DNA from: an uncultured virus (IMG/VR IMGVR_UViG_3300032323_004022)
Taxonomy: Duplodnaviria > Heunggongvirae > Uroviricota > Caudoviricetes
Virus record (IMG/VR): IMGVR_UViG_3300032323_004022
Direction: 5' to 3' (one strand)
DNA: 64,000 nt
In this document: in pieces, positions 10,601-18,509 of the stretch
Layout of the letters: the number at the start of each line of letters is the position of its first letter
Numbering within the stretch: the stretch's first letter is position 1
Notes under the pieces: model-generated
The model's database searches: none
What the model was told of the DNA's origin: nothing
The model's input: the letters and a program-made list of their open reading frames with translations, nothing else
Program-made: the position numbers and the translations under genes

Positions 10601-11813
10601 TGTTGGTTGGTTAGCAGATTATTCAACAAATTTTGGAATTAGCACAAGAAGAATTGCAAAGGCTGCAAAGAGACTTTGTGAAGAATTTGAAGTTGCACAG
10701 AAACTTGTTGCCAAGGCTGTAGTTGCTTCTGAGAGAACAGCTGGTATGACTGTAACTCAAAGCAAGTCTGATTGTATTAGATTTATGTGTAGAGCTGAAG
10801 ATCTAAATGGCACACAACCAAGCGATAGTAATTTTGATGAGTCTTTCAAGCAAAAAGCTATTGAAGTTCTTCAAGGACATGGATTCCAAGTTGATCCAGG
10901 CACATTCTCATTCACAGACTTGATTGTTTCTGAAAATGGTGATGTAACAGCAACAGTTTCTACATCTTCCTCAAAAACTTTCAAAACTGACGAAGAATCT
11001 GTTGAAATGAATGATGGAATGAATGCTGAAGATAGCTCAGAAATGCCAGTTATAATGACAGAGGGTGCAAGATTAGCTAGAAAGTCTAGAAGAGATGATA
11101 TTTTAGCGAAATACGCACAAGCCATGCCAGGGATGGGAGCTCCAGCTCCTCAAGGTCCTGCAGCTGGTCCAGTTGATCCAGGTTTGGGTGGAGGTGCTCC
11201 TGCTGGTGGCGATTTAGGTATTTCTTCACTTACTGGTGGCGCTGACATGAATGAGTCTGCAGATATGGATGCAGTAACAGAGCCTGGTGAAAAGAAGCCT
11301 TGGGGTTCTGTTTGTCCAGTTTGTGGTGCTGATGATGTAAATATTTCAGAATCAAATGCAGACTGCCAAAGCTGTGGAACTACATACAAAATTCTTCAAC
11401 AAATTGAATTAATTTCAATGGGTGATAAGGGTAAAACCTCACCTGAAGAAGACCCAATGGGTCTTGGCCTTGATACTGGTTTAGGTGCTGCCACTGCTCC
11501 TGCTGAATTACCAGCTCCTGCACCAGCAGCTCCAGGAATGGGTCCAGTCGCTTCTGATATTAGAACAATGGTGAGATTATCAGCTACAGTTGATTCTGAT
11601 GTGTATTTGAAGACTGCATTACCATCATTTGACAGAACTGCACAATCAATGCTTCCTGTTGGTATGGTTTGCCCTTCATGCGGCAATAGACATGCTCATA
11701 AGGTCAAGAATAACACATTCTGCTACAAGTGTGGAAATTATTCAAGAACCACTGTACAAGCTTCCAAGAAAGATCCATCAAAGCTTGATGTATCGATTAC
11801 TTGGATAGATTAG
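7665..11813 (+). CDS. Large prohead (maturation) protease / scaffold polyprotein with C-terminal Zn ribbons
   Basis: Start moved to ATG 7665 (GAGG at 7652). N-terminal protease-like motifs NANGDLF, PIYTNH, DVSMG, CSICG..CEH, FIELSCV..GA; long helical region; CPVC/CQSC and CPSC/CYKC at the end; lies between portal and MCP. Confidence 0.72.
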   Translation: MYKVAKGGAITINSFLNENDRNIARDYIIKTASSNMREAAKIGLQSLYADPKEVLEKYKDFDIVKEMQARKGAKLLWVRARAIDADVVNANGDLFSKEELLKEAEIKGQKIPAYKTFEGVPIYTNHKNDDIEQAKGMVVYAEWDEKENCVYCTFFVDEEAYPDIARNIRTGVIHDVSMGASVEWGVCSICGNKAYTERDYCEHLKKYKGKIYPESGKKAYEKNYGVKFIELSCVGDGAFESCEIQEIYDVDDVLDAAMNLEKKANELSANIVLALQGSPLESSIRPEYENCLRVANSTAKTAVRLAQQAGTLVGGPLLAGAGANQNSTVQAVLTALGIDPASGLNILDLINLSLNFLEVAVMNMFARKDNVDLGHVGKITKSMAELQSTMQDMIDDGVDVGSGQRPQQINQPQNMQQGQAPQASPMNANVGLANYAPTESVGKVMDLTYSGDQGSQVGGGVALASSNHNLVWASRDGKREVFASTQKSSSSNRILNFSQSILNLKENLNNDAQIQKSIDNVIRVANERSKNIKTNTPFVAGSRNQMDHFAKIASEQRKKLAAAVTIDFKVEDNAGNRVVLSTDGSITGYTNGKRTTWEPILNENQLGLMENGQGTRVAAELLKDYSHFIKTALLDVKERLDDRESQLNEVRSGESYDNLYDGVKSKNTGTVNEVREKQLEPKQTGASQDCVREILLGDAGLYGRRVKDEEVRKSLTQLIDEVTHGVPTEVLEKQLSNHRTEGSASANEIMTATITALGKAVISSLETPKTILRVAQTLSEEPMLPEMIGTAAAGTEMEADKAEKVDFFGGDASPENSVSAVIKQLGAAVTSEITARDLADALSVAVEEGEMTKEGVSRIAELLMGQASVPGEGLDVETAPSKNEELKSALMSAVDADVDLISKDDLKSAISAMAMSSKETGTTPDEVVDSVEAMPEKQLMAAIDRAKTATATDGRLRSRARREFWGVKTASTKSVSENVVGWLADYSTNFGISTRRIAKAAKRLCEEFEVAQKLVAKAVVASERTAGMTVTQSKSDCIRFMCRAEDLNGTQPSDSNFDESFKQKAIEVLQGHGFQVDPGTFSFTDLIVSENGDVTATVSTSSSKTFKTDEESVEMNDGMNAEDSSEMPVIMTEGARLARKSRRDDILAKYAQAMPGMGAPAPQGPAAGPVDPGLGGGAPAGGDLGISSLTGGADMNESADMDAVTEPGEKKPWGSVCPVCGADDVNISESNADCQSCGTTYKILQQIELISMGDKGKTSPEEDPMGLGLDTGLGAATAPAELPAPAPAAPGMGPVASDIRTMVRLSATVDSDVYLKTALPSFDRTAQSMLPVGMVCPSCGNRHAHKVKNNTFCYKCGNYSRTTVQASKKDPSKLDVSITWID

Positions 11814-11818
11814 TATAC

Positions 11819-11850
11819 AAAATAATGGGGGATAAATCCCCCATTATTTT
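11819..11850. terminator. Bidirectional rho-independent terminator
   Basis: AAAATAATGGGGGA-TAAA-TCCCCCATTATTTT perfect inverted repeat. Confidence 0.8.
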
Positions 11851-11859
11851 CCTTAAAAA

Positions 11860-11884
11860 AGGTGTAAAAACAATTTATCTAGAA
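11860..11884 (+). promoter_or_regulatory. Putative late promoter AGGT-N16-TAGAA
   Basis: Immediately after the terminator and before the scaffold-decoration-MCP operon; spacing identical to 7600. Confidence 0.5.
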
Positions 11885-12001
11885 GATAAAAAAAAGTTAA
11901 TATATAACTAATTAATAGATTCTTTCATTCAATTTGATAATTGGATATGAATTGAAACTTTGATAAAAGATTTTATTTTTATTAAGGGAAGCAGCATAAA
12001 A

Positions 12002-13675
12002 ATGAATAAAAATTCGAATAAAGCCAATCAGGAAAGATTTGCAGCAATGAAATTAGCTGAAATTAATGCAACTGACAAGGAAGATCTTTTGAACTGTGCT
12101 TCTGACATGGAAAAAACAGCATCATTGAATACCAATGAAGCTGTTGTTGTCGCAAAAGCAATCAGAGCAAAGTATCTCCCTAACATTGCAAGACAAGCTG
12201 GTCTTGATGTTTCAAATTTAGATCTTGAGCATGGCAAAGAGACTGTTGACTTCGCAAACGATGAATCTGACGATGATGAAGATGATATGGAATTTCATCA
12301 CTTTGAGAGTGATGAGGATTCAGAAGATATAGATGACGATGACATGTCTGATGAAGATATGGATGACGAAGACGAAGTAGAAGATAGTGATGATGTCGCC
12401 ACTTTTGAGATTGAAGTTCCCGCTGATATGGTTGACCAAGCACAAAAAGCTGTGCAAGAGGCGCTAGATAATCTTCTTGGCGGAGATGATGATTCTGACG
12501 AAGATGATGATGAAGATATCACTCATTTTAATGATGATGAAGATGATATGGATTCAGAAAATGAGTCAGATGATGACGAAGACAATGAAAAACAATTTAT
12601 GAAAACAAGCAAAGAGGTTAGATCAATGACTAAACAAGCATTGGCTGAGCGCAAGGCACAGAGAGAAGCTCTTTTAAGAAGAGCTGAAAGAGAAGAAATT
12701 CTCAAGAAGATTGCTTCAGAAGAAGAAACTTATCCAGCGTCAGCCTCATTTAAGTATAACGAAGATATGGTTGATATGGATGGTGAAGTTGAATATCCAA
12801 GCATGACAATGCAAGGTAGTGAAGGCAACTCACTTAAGGAACAAAATCCAACTTGGGCTGAGCAAAAGGTTCCTACAATGAATCCAGGTTCATTGCAATT
12901 CCCTTCAGTTACAAAGCCTGGAAAGTTTGAAGGTTCTGGAAATGGTTCATTAGAGTACACAGTTGATTGGGACAATTTAGAAAATCCTTCTGCAGGATTA
13001 GAAGACGTAGAACATCCACAAATCCCAACACAAATGCCTTCAATGCCACACAAGACCACCAGATCAGTTGCAGCATCTAAGGAAGAAGAACATGATGTTG
13101 AATGCACCGCTTGCGGAGCATCAATGAGAATGTCTGAATCAGCTATGAATGATGAAGCAACTCGTTGCGCAAATAATGATTGCCCAACAAATGCTGAATC
13201 CAAAGACAAAGAAGTTGAAGCACAAAATGTTGACACAAGACAACATGTAAATACTCAAAAGAATATCAATGATACTCAAGTAGAATTGAATGACGCTTAT
13301 GAGACTGTTAATCAACTCAAATCATCTGCAGTTGATCTTGCAAGAGTCAAGACTTCTTACAGCTGTGCTACAAAATTAGCATTAGCTGGAATTATTACTT
13401 CTGAAGAAGTTGATTCATATGCAGAACAAATGATTAATGATGGTCTTAAGTCTGACTCAATGATCAGACAAACCAAACTCTTACTTAAGTCCGCACAGTC
13501 TTCAACCGAGAGAGTTGTAGCTGCAGCAGCTGAAAGAATGAGTACTAGAACCGCTTCAACATTAGGCGTATCTACATCCCCTGCATTAAGTGGTGGTTTA
13601 TCCAACAATAGTGCAGCTCTTGACATCCAAGGTGCATTGAAAGGTACCTGGACAATGCCAAAAATCGAGGATTAG
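12002..13675 (+). CDS. Putative capsid scaffolding protein (very acidic)
   Basis: Start moved to ATG 12002; long D/E tract, coiled-coil segments, CTAC...C..C; position just upstream of decoration/MCP. Confidence 0.6.
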   Translation: MNKNSNKANQERFAAMKLAEINATDKEDLLNCASDMEKTASLNTNEAVVVAKAIRAKYLPNIARQAGLDVSNLDLEHGKETVDFANDESDDDEDDMEFHHFESDEDSEDIDDDDMSDEDMDDEDEVEDSDDVATFEIEVPADMVDQAQKAVQEALDNLLGGDDDSDEDDDEDITHFNDDEDDMDSENESDDDEDNEKQFMKTSKEVRSMTKQALAERKAQREALLRRAEREEILKKIASEEETYPASASFKYNEDMVDMDGEVEYPSMTMQGSEGNSLKEQNPTWAEQKVPTMNPGSLQFPSVTKPGKFEGSGNGSLEYTVDWDNLENPSAGLEDVEHPQIPTQMPSMPHKTTRSVAASKEEEHDVECTACGASMRMSESAMNDEATRCANNDCPTNAESKDKEVEAQNVDTRQHVNTQKNINDTQVELNDAYETVNQLKSSAVDLARVKTSYSCATKLALAGIITSEEVDSYAEQMINDGLKSDSMIRQTKLLLKSAQSSTERVVAAAAERMSTRTASTLGVSTSPALSGGLSNNSAALDIQGALKGTWTMPKIED

Positions 13676-13706
13676 TTTCCTCGCAAATAATTAGGAGAAA
13701 TAAACA

Positions 13707-14366
13707 ATGGCTATTCGTGCATTAAACACACTCGTAGTTGCTAACTACAACACAGCTGCTTCTGCTTCATTTTTCGCTGGTGACGCTCTTATGATTAGCG
13801 TTACTGATGGAACAGTTTCCGCTGGCTTTAGAGCAGCAACTGGTTTTACAACAATCGCTCAACAACTTGGTAGATTTGTAGGTTTTTCAGCTGATGATAC
13901 AGCAAGAACTGGCAACACTATGATCCTTGCTGATCCAGTTGGTTCTTCATACACCGATTCAAATGGTGCTCTTCAAGCTAACAACAACGGTTTTTACGTT
14001 GTTTCAAAAAGAGCTATTGGCGACTTCTTAGCTGAGAACGTCAACGGTGTTACAAACCCAACAGCTGGTTCCTCAGGATACGAAGGACCAAGAAGAGGCG
14101 TAGGCGTTTTCAATACCCCTGGCGCACAGTTTGTTACTGACAGAATTCACCTTGGTGGTGTTACCAATGCAGCACAAACCGATGGTGGTTCAGCTTGGTC
14201 CCCAGCTCCTGGTGATCTTTTGACAGTCGCTGCCCTTACCGCAAATGCTGGTAAGTTAGTTAAGCTTTCTACTCCAGGTACCGACGGTCTTATCGTTGGT
14301 AGAGTTGACAGCTATGATTCAGCTGCTGGTTTACTTTACTTCACCCAAATGGCTGGTGGTTTATAA
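13707..14366 (+). CDS. Putative capsid decoration/cement protein
   Basis: 219 aa, Gly/Ala/Thr-rich; strong AGGAG RBS; codon usage like the MCP; immediately upstream of the MCP. Confidence 0.55.
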   Translation: MAIRALNTLVVANYNTAASASFFAGDALMISVTDGTVSAGFRAATGFTTIAQQLGRFVGFSADDTARTGNTMILADPVGSSYTDSNGALQANNNGFYVVSKRAIGDFLAENVNGVTNPTAGSSGYEGPRRGVGVFNTPGAQFVTDRIHLGGVTNAAQTDGGSAWSPAPGDLLTVAALTANAGKLVKLSTPGTDGLIVGRVDSYDSAAGLLYFTQMAGGL

Positions 14367-14400
14367 TCTGTAGCTTAGGAAATTAAGGAGAATTATTCAA

Positions 14401-15255
14401 ATGTCAATGATTAAGAGAAACACAAATGAGCAAAGAGAATCCATTATTGCAATGGCTCTTGAGACTCCAGAGGGACGCACAGCTCTTGCACAAGCAATGG
14501 TTGAGCCAATCAAGACTTCCCTCATGTACCAAGCCATCGGGCGTAAGCTTTTGATGGTTGATGAGCTCCCACAAGGCGCTCTTGCTCGCTATGAGAGAGA
14601 CGTTGCTGTCAAGTCATACGTTATTCCTAAGCGTGGTGCTGTTCCAACAGCTGAGGTTGAGGCTGAAGAGCTTCTCGTCCCTACAGTTGAATTAGCTGCA
14701 CACCCACAAATCAGATTGAACGAAATCCGCCAAAGAAGATTCTATATTGTCGATAGAGCTCAAGTCCGTGCTAAGGACTCCCTCCAAAGACAAGAAGATA
14801 CTGAAGTCTTCAAGGTTATCAATGCTGGTGTTCCAACTGACCAAGCAATTTCCGTTTCCGGTACCCTTCAACCAGAGAATATCAACCTTGCGTTGACCCT
14901 CATTGAAGAGCACGAGTTGATCGGTGCTAAGGTTGTTCTTCACCCACAAAGATACAAGGATATCCGTAACTGGGGTAAGGAATTCTTCGATGAGGCAACT
15001 CAAAGAGATATTCTTATGACTGGTCTTTATGGCCACATCTATTCCGCAGACATCCACGTTTCCACAATGGTTCCTAAGAACAGTGTTTACGTTCTTGCTC
15101 CTGCCCAATTCGTTGGTGCAATGCCAGTACGCCAAGACATTACTGTTCTTCCTGCAGACGATCCAAAGAGACTTAGACTCGGATGGGTTGTTTACGAAGA
15201 GCTCGGTTTTGCGCTCATCAATGACTATGCAGTTTCAAGAATTACCGTAAGCTAA
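14401..15255 (+). CDS. Major capsid protein (HK97 fold, encapsulin-like short form)
   Basis: 284 aa; ALAQAMVEPI..GRKLLMVDELPQGALARYERD, QED..VF, GWVVYEELG; AAGGAG RBS; visibly GC-richer biased codons; followed by a strong terminator. Confidence 0.85.
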   Translation: MSMIKRNTNEQRESIIAMALETPEGRTALAQAMVEPIKTSLMYQAIGRKLLMVDELPQGALARYERDVAVKSYVIPKRGAVPTAEVEAEELLVPTVELAAHPQIRLNEIRQRRFYIVDRAQVRAKDSLQRQEDTEVFKVINAGVPTDQAISVSGTLQPENINLALTLIEEHELIGAKVVLHPQRYKDIRNWGKEFFDEATQRDILMTGLYGHIYSADIHVSTMVPKNSVYVLAPAQFVGAMPVRQDITVLPADDPKRLRLGWVVYEELGFALINDYAVSRITVS

Positions 15256-15271
15256 TTCTAAACTAGTCATG

Positions 15272-15308
15272 AAAAGGAGAGATAGAAATATCTCTCCTTT
15301 TTTGTTTT
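15272..15308 (+). terminator. Rho-independent terminator after the MCP
   Basis: AAAAGGAGAGATA-GAAA-TATCTCTCCTTTT followed by a T-tract. Confidence 0.85.
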
Positions 15309-15329
15309 AAATAATGGTAAAATTATATT

Positions 15330-16643
15330 ATGACCAAAGAAGAATTGCTTAAATTAGTAGAAGAGTATATTAAGAATGAACCAAATAAGAGTTGGAGGCC
15401 AGGAAAAGATCATGTACATTACGCTGGGCCTTACTTTGATCATACTGAAATTGTTAGATCAGTATCAACTCTTTTAGATGGTTGGTTAGTTCTTGGTGCT
15501 GAAGCCTATAAAGCTGAAAAGAAATTAGCTTCTTTGTTTGGCAAAAATCATGCTTTATTGACAAACTCTGGTAGCAGTTCTAATCTTCTTATGATGTCAG
15601 CGATTAAGTCAAAAAGATACTTAAATTTGCCTGAAGGAACCAAAGTACTAACTCCTATTGCTGGATTTCCCACTACAATCAATCCGATTTTTCAATGTGG
15701 GTTTAAACCTGTATTTGTTGATATATCTTTAGATGGTTTGAACCTTAGCTTAGATGATGTGGAAGCAACATTGCAAGCAGATCCAGAAATTAAAATTATA
15801 ACATTTGCACACGTATTAGGAAATCCACCTGATATGTACAGGCTTATGGATATTGTTGATCATTATGGATTGATTTTATTAGAGGATTGTTGCGATGCCT
15901 TGGGATCACTATTCGACGGTAATCCTTTGGGTAGCTTTGGTACTATGGCATCTTGTTCTTTTTACCCTGCTCATCATATTACTTGTGGAGAGGGTGGATT
16001 AGTTGTTTGTAATGATGACAATTTAGAAAAAGTAATTCGTTCTTTTCGTGATTGGGGGCGTGGCTGTTTCTGTATTGGTAAACAAAATATTACAGAATGT
16101 GGAGCTTGTAATCAAAGATTTTCAGAATGGCTACCTAGTATGCCAGGAGAAGTATTTGACCATAAATATGTCTATGAAGAAATTGGTTATAACTTAAAAC
16201 CAATTGAAGTTCAAGCCAGTATGTTGTTAGCTCAAATTGATAAACTTGCTGAAATTAAAAAGTTACGTCAAAGAAACCATAAATTACTTACAGAAAAATT
16301 TTCTAAGTATGAAGAATATTTTGTGCTTCCTGTGGCTCAAAAGAATGCAGATGTAAACTGGTTTGCTTTTCCAATCACTATCAAAGATAATGCACCTTTT
16401 AAGAGGAGTGATATTTGTCAGTATTTAGAATCTAAAAAAATTCAAACTAGACCATATTTTGCTGGAAATATATTAATGCAACCAGCTTATAGTCATTTGG
16501 TTGCAGATATGGATCTTAATGATTTTCCAGTTGCTAAAAAAGTCACCACTGATACTTTCTTTTTAGGAACCTCTCCGATAATAACTGAAGAGCAAATTTC
16601 ATATATAGGCGAAGTATTAGACAGTTTTTTGACCAATAAATAG
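15330..16643 (+). CDS. rfbH: NDP-4-keto-6-deoxyglucose 3-dehydratase (RfbH/DdhC, PMP-dependent, DegT family)
   Basis: NSGSSSNLL, GFPTTINP, EDCCDALGS, SFYPAHHITCGEGG (His in place of the Schiff-base Lys), RDWGRGCFC, DHKYVY. Confidence 0.88.
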   Translation: MTKEELLKLVEEYIKNEPNKSWRPGKDHVHYAGPYFDHTEIVRSVSTLLDGWLVLGAEAYKAEKKLASLFGKNHALLTNSGSSSNLLMMSAIKSKRYLNLPEGTKVLTPIAGFPTTINPIFQCGFKPVFVDISLDGLNLSLDDVEATLQADPEIKIITFAHVLGNPPDMYRLMDIVDHYGLILLEDCCDALGSLFDGNPLGSFGTMASCSFYPAHHITCGEGGLVVCNDDNLEKVIRSFRDWGRGCFCIGKQNITECGACNQRFSEWLPSMPGEVFDHKYVYEEIGYNLKPIEVQASMLLAQIDKLAEIKKLRQRNHKLLTEKFSKYEEYFVLPVAQKNADVNWFAFPITIKDNAPFKRSDICQYLESKKIQTRPYFAGNILMQPAYSHLVADMDLNDFPVAKKVTTDTFFLGTSPIITEEQISYIGEVLDSFLTNK

Positions 16644-16648
16644 CGGTT

Positions 16649-17452
16649 TTAAGACCCTCTATTTATTGGTCTCAAAAATTCAAATATTTCTTGTTCTGTG
16701 TCTAACAATAAAATACTTTCATCATCTTCTTTCCAATATTTGTATCTCCAACTAGGAAACAATCCCATTACTAGTTTTGTTTTATTTTCGTTTTGTTTAT
16801 TAAGAGTAGAATAAAAAGGTCCACTTCCTTTTCCTAAAATAAGTTGACATTTTCTTGAAATATTTGAAAGTTCAATAAGCGTTTTGTCACTACAGTCGTG
16901 TACATTATTAAGGGTAAAATCAACTGGCCCTACTGTATAAAAATTAATTTTAGGAAACATTAGTCCTAATTTATACATATCAAATTGAAAAGCAGTTTGT
17001 CCTGAAACAGGTTGGCAATTTTCGACAAATACAGCTTTATTTTTAACATTTACATCAACAATTGGGAGTTCTATATATCCAAATTCTGAATCATCTAAAA
17101 TCAAATCAATATTTTTTTCTTGACATTGATGATTGAAAATCTTGACTTGGTCTTGCCAATACCCTTTATACCCATAATTTCCACCCCAAAGATGAATTAG
17201 AGTATCTTCTGGTTTGATGAATGGTTTAATTTTATTCAAAAAATAATCAGGCCTTGTTCTCATTGCCAGGTTTCTGTAATTTCCATCGGCTTCAATAATT
17301 TCTATAGGTAAGTGTCTTACTAAATAAGATTGACTTTTGAAACATGCGAATTTGATATTTACATGAGGAAATTGTTTTATTATTGCTTCCATTACAGGTA
17401 TAGCAGCAAGAGTGTCACCATTTGATTGATTTATCCATAATAATAGATTCAT
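16649..17452 (-). CDS. Putative glycosyltransferase (GT9/heptosyltransferase-like GT-B)
   Basis: N-terminal GD.L..P.......FP and C-terminal LIEL...C.LILG..SGP patterns. Confidence 0.45.
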   Translation of the reverse strand: MNLLLWINQSNGDTLAAIPVMEAIIKQFPHVNIKFACFKSQSYLVRHLPIEIIEADGNYRNLAMRTRPDYFLNKIKPFIKPEDTLIHLWGGNYGYKGYWQDQVKIFNHQCQEKNIDLILDDSEFGYIELPIVDVNVKNKAVFVENCQPVSGQTAFQFDMYKLGLMFPKINFYTVGPVDFTLNNVHDCSDKTLIELSNISRKCQLILGKGSGPFYSTLNKQNENKTKLVMGLFPSWRYKYWKEDDESILLLDTEQEIFEFLRPINRGS

Positions 17453-17742
17453 TATAATTCAATCTTCCCTCTTAAGATGTCCCATAACATAATCCAATCA
17501 CTGATCTTTGCCTTCAAAGGATCCTTGAAAGCAGCTGGCTGATTTTTTTCGAAGAAAAAGTGACCAGACCAAGCAAAAGGATATACGATAAATGGTGTTA
17601 GTAAAAGGAACCAATAATAACCATAGTTTAAACAACCTATAATCCATAAAATTGTTGCGACTTGACCCAAAACATGCAACCTTCTACAAATTTTATTTTT
17701 ATGTAAAGATAGATACATTGCATAATACTCTCTCATATTCAT
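17452..17742 (-). CDS. DUF962 (Mpo1-like) small membrane protein
   Basis: YLSLH....R.LH, YPFAWSGHFFFEKNQPA.F; start moved to ATG 17742 (ATGA overlap with the upstream gene). Confidence 0.8.
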   Translation of the reverse strand: MNMREYYAMYLSLHKNKICRRLHVLGQVATILWIIGCLNYGYYWFLLLTPFIVYPFAWSGHFFFEKNQPAAFKDPLKAKISDWIMLWDILRGKIEL

Positions 17743-18509
17743 ATGGTACAAACTCCCTTTTTTTGAACAACCTTGGTAGCACATTCTTGAGCAAATTGAA
17801 TAGCAAGAATAATATTTTGCGTTCTTACAAATTCACAAACTAAACCAGATATAAAAGTATCTCCTGCTCCAGATACATCTTTGATGTTAACTTTTTCAAC
17901 AGGGTAAAGGATGTTTTTAAATTCACACCCTTCATGAGATCTTGTAATTATCATTTTTTCATATAAACCTAGATAATTAATAGTGTGTTCAGTCCTGTCA
18001 AATTCTGTATGATTAATCTTAATAAAAGAAACATCACTGCACCATTTTCCCAGAATTTTTTTGGTATCTAAAAATACATTTTTGTTTTTGCTAGCAATAA
18101 ATTCTATATCTTCTTCATCAAGAAAACCTTTGCAATAATCACTTATTACAATTGCATCATAAAAATTATTTTCATATGTATTATTGATAATTTTTTTCAA
18201 TACGCTTTGACAAATTCTTTTGATTTTGTCATTAGTATCAATTCTCATCAATAATGTATTTGTCCGTTCATCAACATAACGAGTTTTTACTATTCTTTCT
18301 TCTTGAGTTATTAACTTAGTGTTTGCACCAATTGCACAAATATTTAAGTTAACATTTGATGCCATACCACCATTGCATTTATTGTAAGAAGGATTAAAAA
18401 TTGGAGCTGGTCCTTCTGGCGCTAATCTATATACATTTCCATATGTGAATACATCTTCGCAAGAATCACCTATGATTAATATTTTAATATCTTTATATAA
18501 GTCTTTCAT
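17739..18509 (-). CDS. PfkB-family sugar kinase, RfaE/HldE domain I-like (heptose-7-phosphate kinase)
   Basis: IIGD..D...YG...RLAPEGP.P, GGMA.NV, ISDY.KG, DVSGAGDTF. Confidence 0.8.
   Translation of the reverse strand: MKDLYKDIKILIIGDSCEDVFTYGNVYRLAPEGPAPIFNPSYNKCNGGMASNVNLNICAIGANTKLITQEERIVKTRYVDERTNTLLMRIDTNDKIKRICQSVLKKIINNTYENNFYDAIVISDYCKGFLDEEDIEFIASKNKNVFLDTKKILGKWCSDVSFIKINHTEFDRTEHTINYLGLYEKMIITRSHEGCEFKNILYPVEKVNIKDVSGAGDTFISGLVCEFVRTQNIILAIQFAQECATKVVQKKGVCTI

Noticed and set aside
5179..11813. Intein or homing endonuclease insertion explaining the nuclease domain or protease size
   Set aside because: No Hint-type N-terminal block or HN-[CST] junction seen; the nuclease is terminal with no downstream extein
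14401..15255. Bacterial encapsulin nanocompartment locus
   Set aside because: Portal, protease, scaffold, head-tail adaptor and tail genes indicate a phage capsid
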